From: Octopus sinensis
Taxonomy: Eukaryota
Direction: 5' to 3'
DNA length: 64,000 bases
Assembly (NCBI RefSeq): GCF_006345805.1
Contig: NC_043011.1
Location: 22,704,464-22,768,463, forward strand
Shown: piece after piece, positions 40,880 to 52,379 of the stretch
How the letters are laid out: each line of letters starts with the position of its first letter
Position numbering within the stretch: the stretch's first letter is position 1
Position numbers and translations under genes: made by a program
Notes under the pieces: model-generated
Database searches by the model: none
The model's input: the letters and a program-made list of their open reading frames with translations, nothing else
What the model was told of the DNA's origin: nothing

Positions 40880-41520
40880 AAAACAAAATATATGTGATTG
40901 GAAAATGTAATGCAAGGGCAAACAGAGGTGGGAAGTGATGAAATCAAGGCGGTGAAGGAGTACATCTATGTAAGGTACTCAGTGAATATGAGCTGAGCTA
41001 TGGATACTGAAATCTCAAAGAGAATAAGGGTAGGATGGAAGGCATTTAACTCAATAAAGTATGTGTTCCAAACAGAACTAAACAATGCCATACATGCCAG
41101 ACTCTTCAATAGCACTGCCCTACCTATGCTCCTATATGCAAGTGAGACATGGACTACTATGAAGAGGACTGAACATCTATTGGCTATGATACAAAGGGCC
41201 TTGGAAAGATTCTTGCTAGGAAGATCATTAAGAGAGGACATTTGAAATGAGATAATTAGAGAATGGAATGAAGCAAACAATGTGATCAAAGAGTACCAAA
41301 AGCACAAGTTCTGCTGGGGCTGGACATGTCACAAGGTTCAGAGACAACAAGCGGGTCTGTGCAGTGGCCAAGTGGTATCCAAGAGATTGGAAAAGGCCAC
41401 TAGGAAAACCTCCATGATGATTTGGTGAAGCAATTTGGGTCAAAGATGGAAAAAAAACAGTGCAATCAAGACAAAACTGGAAGCACATTGTGGCTAGCAG
41501 TGTGAAACATCTTCCAGCCA
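40880..41520 (+). mobile_element. RTE-clade LINE 3' ORF fragment, second family
   Basis: EISKRIRVGWKAF, LP.LLYASETW, QRA.ER..LG, WAGHV.R-like motifs. Confidence 0.85.
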
Positions 41521-43229
41521 GTTTACATTTCCTCTCTCCCATCAACATCTTGCTGAGGATATGTATAGTTAAAGAGCCTTTCTTACTACATAAAGGTTTA
41601 TATAAATATGCTGACTGACAGTTGTTCGAATGTATGTATATATATAAATGTGTATATATATATATGTATATAAATGTATATATATAAATGGGTGAAGGCG
41701 CATGGCTCAGTGGTTAGAGTGTCAAGCTTACGATCGTGAGGTTGTGAGCTCGAATCCCAGACCTGGCTGCATGTTGTGTTCTTGAGCAAGACACTTTATT
41801 TCACGTTGCTCCAGTTAACTCAGCTGTCAAAATGAGTTGCGACACCACAGGTGCCAAGCTGTATCAGCCTTTGTCTTTCCCTTGGATGACACTGGTGGCA
41901 TGGAGAGGGGAGGATGGTATGCATGGGCGACTGCTGGCCTTCCATAAAAAACCTTGCCCGGACTTGTACCTGGGAGGGTAACATTTTAGGTGCAATCCCA
42001 TGGTCTGTGTCATGACCGAAGGGGTCTCAGAAATGTATGTGTGTGTGTGCCAGTATGGAAGGAGGAAATCTGAGTTGCCAATTTTGACATATGAGGTATC
42101 AAAAGATTCAGTAATCTTTCAGCTACCAAATAAAGTATGTTTTTTTTTTAAAACAACAATGCTTTTTTACTACAAAAATAACCTCGAAAATGAGATTGGG
42201 GTACAAATTTTTGAGGTCTTTAGCTAAGGAAGGCAATTCTGCTTGAACAATCTATGTGGAGTTTTACCAGGAAATGTAACTTCAAAGAAATACCATAAAT
42301 TTCATTAGGATTATTTAGTAGATAATCTTTTAATGTGAAGTATGTTTGTATTTTGTTTAGTCCAGAGTTGCCTCTGATGTAGCAGACTCAGTGCATAGTT
42401 TTTTTTTTCTTCCTGAAATACTGCAAATCTGTGTCTTTCTTTTGATGAAAGGATGTGCTTTAAGAGAGATGTGGCAGATATTTGTAGTAGCTCAAGTTAC
42501 CAGACATACCTGTGTGTGTGTGCGTGTGCGTATGCACGCACACGCACATGTTTTGTTGTGGTGAAAAAAATACTTTTTCTCAGAATATTTTGCACAATAA
42601 ATTTTTAAAGAAATCTGGACATCTTTCTTACTGCTAACCATTCAACTTCAAATTACAATTGTTAATTGCTGGAAGTCAAGTAGACTGTGATGTATATATA
42701 CTGTTATCGTAAAGAGTGGAGGTTCAATACAAAGTTTTGAACTATTTACCTGGAGGTTAGTAATCCATTACCTTAAATTTGAAGCCACTAAGTCTTTAGA
42801 CATTATTTTACTGGGTTTAATCGTATGACTGTCGTCATGATGGGATATCACTTTTGAAAAATTTAACTGATCATATTGACCTCATTACGTATTTCAATTT
42901 GACATTTATTTTATATATCTCTGCTTGATAAGCTTTGAGACAGAGTGGGACACAATACTTGATTTAACAACAAATGTAACAACACACACAAACATATTTT
43001 AGGCACAAAAATGACTGTGTGCTTCAGAAGTTTGCTTCCCAACCATATGGTTCCCTGTTCAGTCCCTCTGTATGGTACCTTGGGCAAGTGTTTTCTATTA
43101 TAACCCTAGGCCAACCATTAACTTGTGACTGAATTTGGTAGATGGAAACTGCAGCATTGTTCATCAGAAAGTGACCATAAAACATGTTTATAATGAAGAG
43201 TGGTTTGCTTCATACTCCTCCTGTACCAA

Positions 43230-44505
43230 TTCTGCTCATAAGAAAGGAACAAAACAATGTGACTGAAGGTCATAACACCTAGGCAATGCTGGGGGGGCAT
43301 TGCTAGTCTTAGATACATTAACAGTTACATTTATCTCAGTTTATGATCCATAATCTGGGCTGGCTGATGACCAGAAGGACCAACGTTATGAGGTTCTTTT
43401 GTAAACTACCTCAATGACAAATGACAGACTTGGTTATTGTGGCTGGTGACTTCAATGGAAATGCTGGGCAGCATCTCCATGGATTTCATGGTGTGCATGG
43501 AGGTTATGGCACTGGCTATAGAAATGAAGAGAGAACAAGGCTGCTGGAGTTCTGTGATGCAAATAATCTCGTTATCTGCAACACTAACTTCAGGAAACCA
43601 GCCAGCCACCTGATCACCTATCAGTGGTGAGCACATAATGTCAGACTGATTACCAGCAAGTTTTTAAAATCCTCACAAATGCAAAGTCTTTCCCAGGTGA
43701 AAAATGTACATAGATTACTAGATGGTGACTTCAAAATTAGAACTAGAAGGACTTGGAGAAATGGCATAAAGCCATAAAAACCATGCCAAAACAGACTTTG
43801 TTAGCACTGATGCCATGTGAAAAGCACCAAATCTACTCGGTCAAAGTGATTGGCAATAGTTAAAAAGAGTATCCAGCCATAAAAACCATGCCAAAACAGA
43901 CTTTGTTAGCACTGATGCCATGTGAAAAGCACCAAATCTACTCGGTCAAAGTGATTGGCAATAGTTAAAAAGAGTATCCAGCCATAAAAACCATGCCAAA
44001 ACAGACTTTGTTAGCACTGATGCCATGTGAAAAGCACCAAATCTACTCGGTCAAAGTGATTGGCAATAGTTAAAAAGAGTATCCAGCCATAAAAACCATG
44101 CCAAAACAGACTTTGTTAGCACTGATGCCATGTGAAAAGCACCAAATCTACTCGGTCAAAGTGATTGGCAATAGTTAAAAAGAGTATCCAGCCATAAAAA
44201 CCATGCCAAAACAGACTTTGTTAGCACTGATGCCATGTGAAAAGCACCAAATCTACTCGGTCAAAGTGATTGGCAATAGTTAAAAAGAGTATCCAGCCAT
44301 AAAAACCATGCCAAAACAGACCTCACCAGTGCTGGTGACATGTAAAAAACATGTTAACTCTGAAAAGTAATTGACATTAGGAAGGACATCCAGCTATAAA
44401 AACCATGCCAAAACAGACAGTAAAGCTTGGCACAGTCCTCTGGCTTGCAAGCTCCTGTTAAGCTGTCCAACCCATGCCAGCATGGAAAACGGATGTTAAA
44501 TGATG
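43230..44505 (+). mobile_element. RTE LINE remnant (endonuclease piece joined to a 3' UTR carrying a tandem array)
   Basis: AGDFNGN.G...HGGYG.G.RN.E..RLLEFCDA..L.ICNT.FRK; family tail. Confidence 0.85.
43771..44320 (+). repeat. Perfect 105-bp tandem repeat, five copies plus a partial
   Basis: Unit starts at 43771, 43876, 43981, 44086, 44191, 44296. Confidence 0.95.
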
Positions 44506-44984
44506 ATATATATGTATGTATGTATCAAGCTTTTCAAGCATACAACCACACCTATTCCATAAAATTGGGAATTTTTGTTTAATCAATCATTTTTGCATAC
44601 CATATTACACTTAAAAGAAATTTTTCCTTTTATGTCATCCTTCTGCTTCCTTGTTTTTTGTCACAGATAATACATGATACACATTACACACACAACCCAG
44701 ATATTTCAGATACTTTGTGTGAGTGTATATCATCATCATTATCATTTTACATTTGCTTTTTTGTCCTAGCATGGATTAGACAGGTTTTCTAGAGCAGTGT
44801 TTTACAGGTGGATGCTCTTCCTATTGCCAACCCTTTTGCGAAATATAGGGACACAGCAACTATTCTGAGACACAGTAACTATTCTAAAACTAAGATGGGA
44901 TGTGTGTGTGTGTGTGCAGATGTGTCTATTCAAGAAACAACTGCCAAAAAATCTGAGCTATCATTGAACTGTTGTAAGGTGGTG

Positions 44985-45945
44985 AGTTGACAGAATCATG
45001 AGCACACCAAGCAAAATGCTTAACGGCATTTCATCTGTCTTAACATTGAGTCCAAATTCTGCCAAGTTTGACCTCGCCTTTCATCCTTTCAGAGTTGATA
45101 AAAATAAGTGCCAACATAATCTACTAGCTCCTTGCCATAAAATTTCAGGCCTTGCACCTATCATAGAAACGGTTACTGAACTGCTGTAGATGTTCTTCAA
45201 AGTTTTTGATTTCAAGACCATTGTCACTAATGTGTATAACCATCCTTTAGTAAATCATATGTTGGACATATTTTTGAACTTGCATTGTTTGCTGACAATC
45301 ATATCGGTTTCAAATTTTGGCACAAGGCCAGCAGGTTTGGGGGACGGGGCAAGTCAGCTGGTACTTCTTTTATCGAGCCTGAAAAGATGAAGGACAAAGT
45401 TGACCTTGGTTGATTTTGAACTCAAAATATAAAGATGGACAAAATGCCTTTAAGCATTTTTCCCGGCATGTTATTGATTCTGTTAGCTTGCCACCTTATA
45501 ATTAAAAAAATGTCAGGGGAAGGGGCAAATCAATTACATCAACCCCAGTACTCAGCTGGTACTTATTTTATCAATCCCGAAAGGGTGAAAGGCAAAGTTG
45601 ACCGCAGTGGAATTTGAACTCAGAATGTAAAGACAGACAAAATGCTGGTAAGCATTTTGCCCAATGTGCTAATGATTTTGCCAGCTTTCTGCCTTCCACT
45701 GACAATTATATAAACTAGCTGGATCCATGAAAATTTCATGGAAAACATAAAAAATGTAAGCATCTGTAAACAGTGTACTGGTGCCATAAGAAATGTTTGC
45801 ATATTATGGCTGTCTGTCTTTACGTTCTGAGTTCAAATTCTGCTGAGATCGACTTATCCTTTCGAGGTCGATAAATTAAGTACCAGTTGTGCACTGGGGT
45901 CGATCTAATCAACTGGCCCCCTCCCCACAAAAATTTCAGGCCTAA
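44985..45945. mobile_element. Cluster of diverged Nin-domain SINE fragments in both orientations
   Basis: Repeated gcctttcatcctttc / gaaaggcaaagttgacc cores. Confidence 0.75.
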
Positions 45946-46394
45946 TAAAGTATATTGTGACAGTTACAGAATATAGAAAGTAATGTAACACCAATGACTA
46001 TATACTCCAACCAAAATATCTCAGTTACACAAATGTAGAATTACTATTTAACCTTAAAATACATCTTCTTAGTTGTACAAAAAGTTTTTCTGATATTCTT
46101 TTATCTTGTTTCAGTTATTTGATGGTGGCCATGATGGAGCACCACCCTTTAGTTGAAGACACTGACCATGGACTTATTGCTTGTAAGCCTGGTGCTTATT
46201 CTATCAGTCTCTTCTGCAGAACGACTAAATTACAGGGACGCAAACACACCAACATTGGTTGTCAAGCAATGGTGGTGGTGGGACAAACACAGACACAAAC
46301 ACACACACACACACATACATATATGATGGGCTTGGAGAAAGTGGTGCTGTGCTGGCTGTGTAATTTTGTGGTTTGCTGGTATACTGAGAGAGAT

Positions 46395-47045
46395 CTAGCG
46401 AGCCCCTAACTGGTTCCCCAATCTTAAAGGTGTAATGTGGATGTGTACTGATGGAGTGACTGGTGTGGTGGTGATGCTAGCTGGTGCAGTGGTCTTCCTC
46501 ATAGTACTTCATGGTAGACAATATTTTGTGTGTATGTCACACCACGTTTTTGGCCTTGTCTGTTATCTTAATTGAGTGTCATAACTCTTACTTTGATATT
46601 GTTCATAGCTCGTGCTCCTGAAAATGTGACTTATATTTGGCCATGAGAAAATACCGGTTGAGACAAATGTATTCCAACTTTTTTCAAATGTTTGCCCTTG
46701 AGCCTTATTAATTGTCATTGAATATCCAAGGCAAAGTGGAAACTGAAGTCTGTTTAGTGTGAATGGAATTTTTGCATCACTTTGGCTAAGTTTAAATCTG
46801 GGAATCAGAACTGTACGACCTTTGTTGGAGTCTGTTACCAGTGATGCCTCTAAATAATATTCATGAAGCCTTGCACTTTCATGCGAGTTCCATTACCAGC
46901 ATTACAATAGCCCCTACTTTTAAGTTGAGGCGATGAGGAGACATACTGTATGGAGTGAGTTTATGAATTCAAATGGATAGTTCTGAACCCCCTCTTCATT
47001 ATTGCAGAACACTGAATCTGTGCTTAAGTATGTTTTAAGTGCCTC
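46395..47045 (-). mobile_element. Helitron PIF1-type helicase C-terminal fragment
   Basis: YP.EFINSL, PH.L.LKVG, NGTR, LIPR, RLQFPL.L.YSMTINKAQGQT..KVGI.L..PVFSHGQ; CTAG at 46395. Confidence 0.9.
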
Positions 47046-47839
47046 TAGTATAATATTAAGAACTTTTTCATTTATTGCAAGGTAGTCAGAATTTTTAGGA
47101 GATAAAAACTACTCATTTTACCATTTCTTCTGGCATGCAGTTGTTGAAAATTCCTGGGTACAAATTGAAATGCAAAAGAACGAAATAATAAATGGATTTA
47201 TGAATAAAAGTTTGGTAATTATGTTTATTCCACCACGTGACACTTATTATTGCAAACATGTTTTAACAAACCTATACTATTTACGCACACAAATACATTC
47301 ATATATGTATATATATATAATATGTCTCAAGTTGTAGCTGTAATTCAAAGGGGCCAGCCTTGTCATATTCTGTGTGAGGCTAAATCTCCCTAAGAACTAC
47401 GTTAATGTTATGCATGTCTGTGGAGTACTCAGTCATTTGTGAGTTAATTTTATCATCGTGTGGTAATGAAAAGTGAAATTGACAGCCAATATTTGCTGTG
47501 TGCATGTATCTATGTATGAACTTTTCTTCGGATTTCTGTATCTACTGTCTCTCTCACTTTCTCCTTCACTTCCTTTGTGTCACTCTTCTCTCACGCTCTT
47601 GATTTAACAACATGTGTGTATATCTATGTATCTACTTTCCTTGCGATGTGATAAACATTTAAAAACACAAAATGAACACCGTCACCACTCACCGTCTCTT
47701 TCACTCTCTTATGTCCTTAGTAACTAAGGGGGATTTGGTTGCAATTTCTCAGAGTGAGACTCCCATGATAGTAGAGATGACGGATTTGAAATATAAAAAA
47801 AACAAACAAAATACATGATGAACAGAACAAGGGTTTTAC

Positions 47840-47973
47840 CTGTAATCAGCAATAATTATAAAGTCTTTCGCACATGAGGCAACAATCTTTTCTTGGAACT
47901 GACATGCACCACCACCTTTGATGCAATTCAGTTGGTTGTCAACTTCATCAGCTCCATCAATAGATATATCTAA
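47840..47973 (-). CDS. RPIA: Ribose-5-phosphate isomerase A, internal exon ([44 protein letters not shown])
   Basis: RpiA signatures DGADEV and KGGG..EK; tttacag acceptor and gtaaaa donor; 134 bp, phase 0 to 2. Confidence 0.97.
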
Positions 47974-48486
47974 CTGTAAATAAAGTACAAAAAGGATATA
48001 TATAAAAATACATCTGCATGATTTGTGAATTTACAATTGTATTGTATAATGTATAATGCATATTAGTGTAAATATGTAAACATAATTTATTATACACTGA
48101 AATTATTATTACATGAAGGCAGCTGTGAAACAGCTGTAACCCTAAGGATGACAAGTGGATAAATATATTCAACTGTCATGCTCCTTAATTAATTATGGTT
48201 CATAACTACACTCACGGAGTGGTTGGCGTTAGGAAGGGCATCCAGCTGTAGAAACACTGCCAGATCAGACTGGAGCCTGGTGCAGCCCCTGGCTTCCCAG
48301 ACTCCGGTCGAACCGTCCAACCCGTGCTAGTGCAGAAAACGGACGCAAACGATGATGATGATGATGATTTGTGTGTGTGTATGATAAGAAATAGTTTTCA
48401 TTTCTTTTTATGGAAACAAAAAAGATACAAAGGACTGCAAAAAAAAAGTGCTTAAGTGAGATTGAGACAAAAATCATTGATTAGAG

Positions 48487-49012
48487 AACAAACATCAAAT
48501 TTGGACCAATGACTTTATATAATCCCACGCTTCTATACATTTCATCATATACAAATAATACCATGGCCTTCAACACATAAGAAATACATATACAAACACC
48601 GAAGGTTAGAAATATATATATGCACATATAAAAAAATGTATAGAAGGACCTGTATTGAAAAATGTAGATAAAAATCAACTAAAGCAGGTGATTAAAAAGA
48701 ATTACTAAAACATCAATCGACTTAAAGACTTTTATGCTCTTATGTTCCTTTGATGCCAGACCTACCATGGATTGCTTCATTTTTAATCAATGGGTGAAAA
48801 ATCTTTTTACTCAATTGATATATTTTAATAATTCATTCTAATCAACTACTTTAGTCGATTTTTATATACATTTTTCTGGACAGATCCTTCTATATATATT
48901 TTTATGTGCATATTTTATGTATTTCTTTTATATGTTGAAAGCCATGTATATATGATGAAATATATAGAAGCGTGGGATATATAAAGTCATTGGCCCAAAT
49001 TTGATGTTTGTA
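48487..49012. mobile_element. Foldback/MITE-like element with about 250-bp imperfect inverted arms
   Basis: acaaacatcaaatttgg.ccaatgactttata...cccacgcttcta mirrored at 48940-49012; symmetry extends inward. Confidence 0.75.
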
Positions 49013-49040
49013 CTATTATCGAAGGTTTTTATGTATACAT

Positions 49041-49107
<67 letters not shown>

Positions 49108-49159
49108 CATAGAAATACACACATATATATACATAGAAATACATATATATATATATATA

Positions 49160-49330
49160 TACATAAAGAAAAGCATCAAGTGCCGAAAATGAACTTTCTT
49201 ATCTTCCATTTTAAAGGGTTACAGAATTAACACAGGTTATAGGAACATAAACCTTCTTCCACGAAAAGATAGCTTAAACTGTGCTCTAAATGGAGGTGTA
49301 GTCAAATCTAATTTTATGGACTCAACTATA
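49160..49330 (-). mobile_element. Mariner 5' fragment
   Basis: [16 protein letters not shown]-terminus, truncated at a microsatellite. Confidence 0.65.
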
Positions 49331-49544
49331 ATAATAGTAGGGAATATAATTCCAAACTTACAGGGAAAAATTCAATTTAGCAATTCTAAATCAAATTTCA
49401 CAATATATAATATATGTATATAATTGAGAGGAAAACCTCTATTAAGCAATTCAATAGTGAAAGACGCTATTCACACCATAAAGAAAAAATAAATATACTA
49501 TAAAAACCGGTTAATATAGGGCGTAACAAATATCAGAAAATCAA

Positions 49545-50030
49545 AAAAAAAATGTGTGTAATAGGTGTAAAACAACTTCCTATGAACGAATATGAAAAAA
49601 AAAAATTCGCGCACGCGAAAGGGGGGTGGGGGAGAGGCCTCGGAAATTCACATCGGGAAGTTCCGAAAGCGTCTGAGGAGCTGACCCGGGCACCAAAACA
49701 AAAAAAAAATAGTGTAATATGTGTAAAACAACTTGCTCTAAACGAATATGACAAAAAAATTGCGCTCTCGCGAAAGAGGGGTGGGGAGAGGCCTCGGAAT
49801 ATTTATATCGGGAATTTCCGAAAGCGTCTGAACCGGGCACAAAAACAAAAACAAAAAAAACAGCGTAATAGGTGTAAAACAACTTGCTCTAAACAACTAT
49901 CATGAAAAAAATGCGCGCTCGCGAAAGGGGGGTGGGGGAGAGGCTTCGGAAATTTCACATCTTCAGTCCACGGCCTTTAAACTAAGAAAAAATAGTGTAA
50001 TTGGTGTAAAACTACTTGTTCTAAACGAGT
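49545..50030 (+). repeat. CpG-rich tandem repeat of about 155 bp, three copies plus a partial
   Basis: Unit: taataggtgtaaaacaactt...cgcgaaaggggggtgggggagaggcctcggaa...ccgaaagcgtctga. Confidence 0.85.
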
Positions 50031-50660
50031 ATCAAGAACACACACTCACACATGAATCATAAACTCCGTATTTCGCAAAAAAAAAAAAAAAAGAGAAGAA
50101 ATTCTGGAAAAAGTGAAGAAATGTTGGATCTCATTCCAAGGAATGAGATCAAAGCTATTTTTAAACATTAAATTTATGCTTTTCTTTGAAATAGTTCAGA
50201 TATATGCAATTCTTCTCACTTATTAAGATGCATTTATCAGAAAAAATTATTATTTTGTGTCAATCCTTCCCTAATTATCCTTTATTAATTAGTTTTGGCG
50301 TGTATTTTTTTCCCAAATTTAATTTTTCACCTTTACAACACTGTTTAGTAAAAACCTTATTCTAAAAATCAATAAAGTAAGTACATAAACATAACAATAA
50401 ATAAACGAAAAACATTTAACAATATTACTAAAATAAAACCATAACTTATCTTAACGAAGAATTTCTGTTAATTAAAAATTTTAAACGTAATACATAGAAC
50501 TTAGTGTTTATAAGAAATATATCGCGTGAAAATATGGCGTAAATAAAAATTATAGAACAAATAGATAGAAATATGTATTTAATCTGTTAAAATGACAAAA
50601 TGTATTTTAGCTGTGAGTATAAGAAAAAATTAACTGTAATATACCATTTACTGGAAAATT

Positions 50661-52126
50661 TTAACCCTTTCGTTACTATATTTCTGACCAAAATACACCC
50701 CTCATGAGTTTCAATTAAATTCTAAAATAATCATGAATTTAGGCTTGTTTCATTAAATAACTAACTTTTTTACTTATCAACATTTTAATGTGATATTTGG
50801 AACATAATTAAAGGAAGGGTTCTTAATCAATTCTATTGCATAACTTTTGTCTCAAAGTGACTTTAATTACAGGTAAATTGAGCAAAAGGTAAAAATATTA
50901 AAATTTTAAATTGAGCAAAAGGTAAAAAATTAAAATTTTGTTTAAACATCACCATAGAAAATGAATCATCAGCTAATATTCAAATGGGTATGCAACAAAA
51001 TTTGATAAAGAAGAATTGTGCACATCACTATATCATCAGTTGAATTTAATGCACGACAGGTGTACCATAAAGGTGGAATAAAGTGAAATACTGGAATCCA
51101 CCGTAAGCTTGACCGAACTAAAGAAATCGGTCAAAAAATAATATACGGCCCTGGTTATGGAATGGAAGTGATAAATTCCAGACCACATCGTTCCCTAGGC
51201 CATGCTGACTAACATTATTTTCCCTGTATAAAAACTAAATCCACGCAGTACCCAGTAATTTGCTTCACAAATTTCCCAAACTTTGAACCCCGATTTTAGG
51301 TTTGTTTACAATTTGCGTAAGTGTGTTTCCACATTGATCGCTTCAAACAATAACTTCCAGACCACATCGTACCCTAAGCCATGCTGACTAACATTAGTTT
51401 CCCTGTATAAAACTAAATCCACAACAGTACCCAGTATTTGCTTCACAAATTTCCCAAACTTTGAACCCCGATTTTGGGTTTGTTTACAATCTGCGTAAGT
51501 TTGTTTCCGAAGTGATCACTTCAAACTAGCATACTGAAAAAAATAAAAGTCTAATGGTTTCACTTCCTAAGAAAGGCTATAGATCAAATTTATCTCCTCA
51601 GAAAAATTGCTAATAAAAACATTTTAAAAGTTTTTTTACTTCATTCCGATGTAAAATCGTCTTCGCTGTCGCCTTCGCCGCTTTGTTTCTTCGGAAGGCG
51701 CTGCTTTCATCTTCGGATAAAAAAATATTCATTATTTTGTACACCACGTGCTTTAGTACCTATTTCATTCTTTTTCTCGATATCTCCCTATTTTCCGTTG
51801 ACAAAGCTTTAAATTCGGAATCAATGCTTGATAACATGAAACTCCTATCCATTTTCAAAGTTGAAGAAAAATCGATGCCGAAAAACGTGTGGAAAAAAAT
51901 CTCCCAAACTTCACTGAGTTGAGATATCACTTCAAGCAATGTCGGATACTATAACTTAACTATTTACAATGTGAAATCACATGCTTTAACGAATGTACCA
52001 ACGAGATTTGGGTTCAAATTTACATTTAAATAACAATGGGTTCTAACGGCCGGGTATGGCCGGGTTGGTACTTTGAACCAAAAAATATTTCGGCCGGCTA
52101 CGGCCGGGTTAGTAATGAAAGGGTAG
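50661..52126 (-). mobile_element. Non-autonomous piggyBac relative of 35120-36210, with an internal duplication of about 180 bp (51172-51530)
   Basis: TTAAccctttcgttacta ... tagtaatgaaaggg; shared subterminal sequence. Confidence 0.85.
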
Positions 52127-52379
52127 GCTAAATAATTTAAAACCAAAATAGGTAAAATACATAATATACATAAATTAAGCTAAATTTCTATAATCTATTT
52201 ATTTTATAAACATTTTAGTTTAATCTTATTCTAATTATGTAATATACACTATATAATCTCGTGCTAATTTATACACATTTTACTACTTCAAATTATAACT
52301 ACAACAATTAGTAACTTAAAATAGAGTTTCATCATCATCATATATATATACACACAAATTAGCTAAACTTATTATATAA

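Noticed and set aside
41697-41770. tRNA gene
   Set aside because: A tRNA-like head that runs into a SINE body found in several copies; no complete cloverleaf evident.
43771-44320. CRISPR-like array
   Set aside because: Units are fully identical with no unique spacers, there are no cas genes, and the sequence derives from a LINE UTR in a eukaryote.
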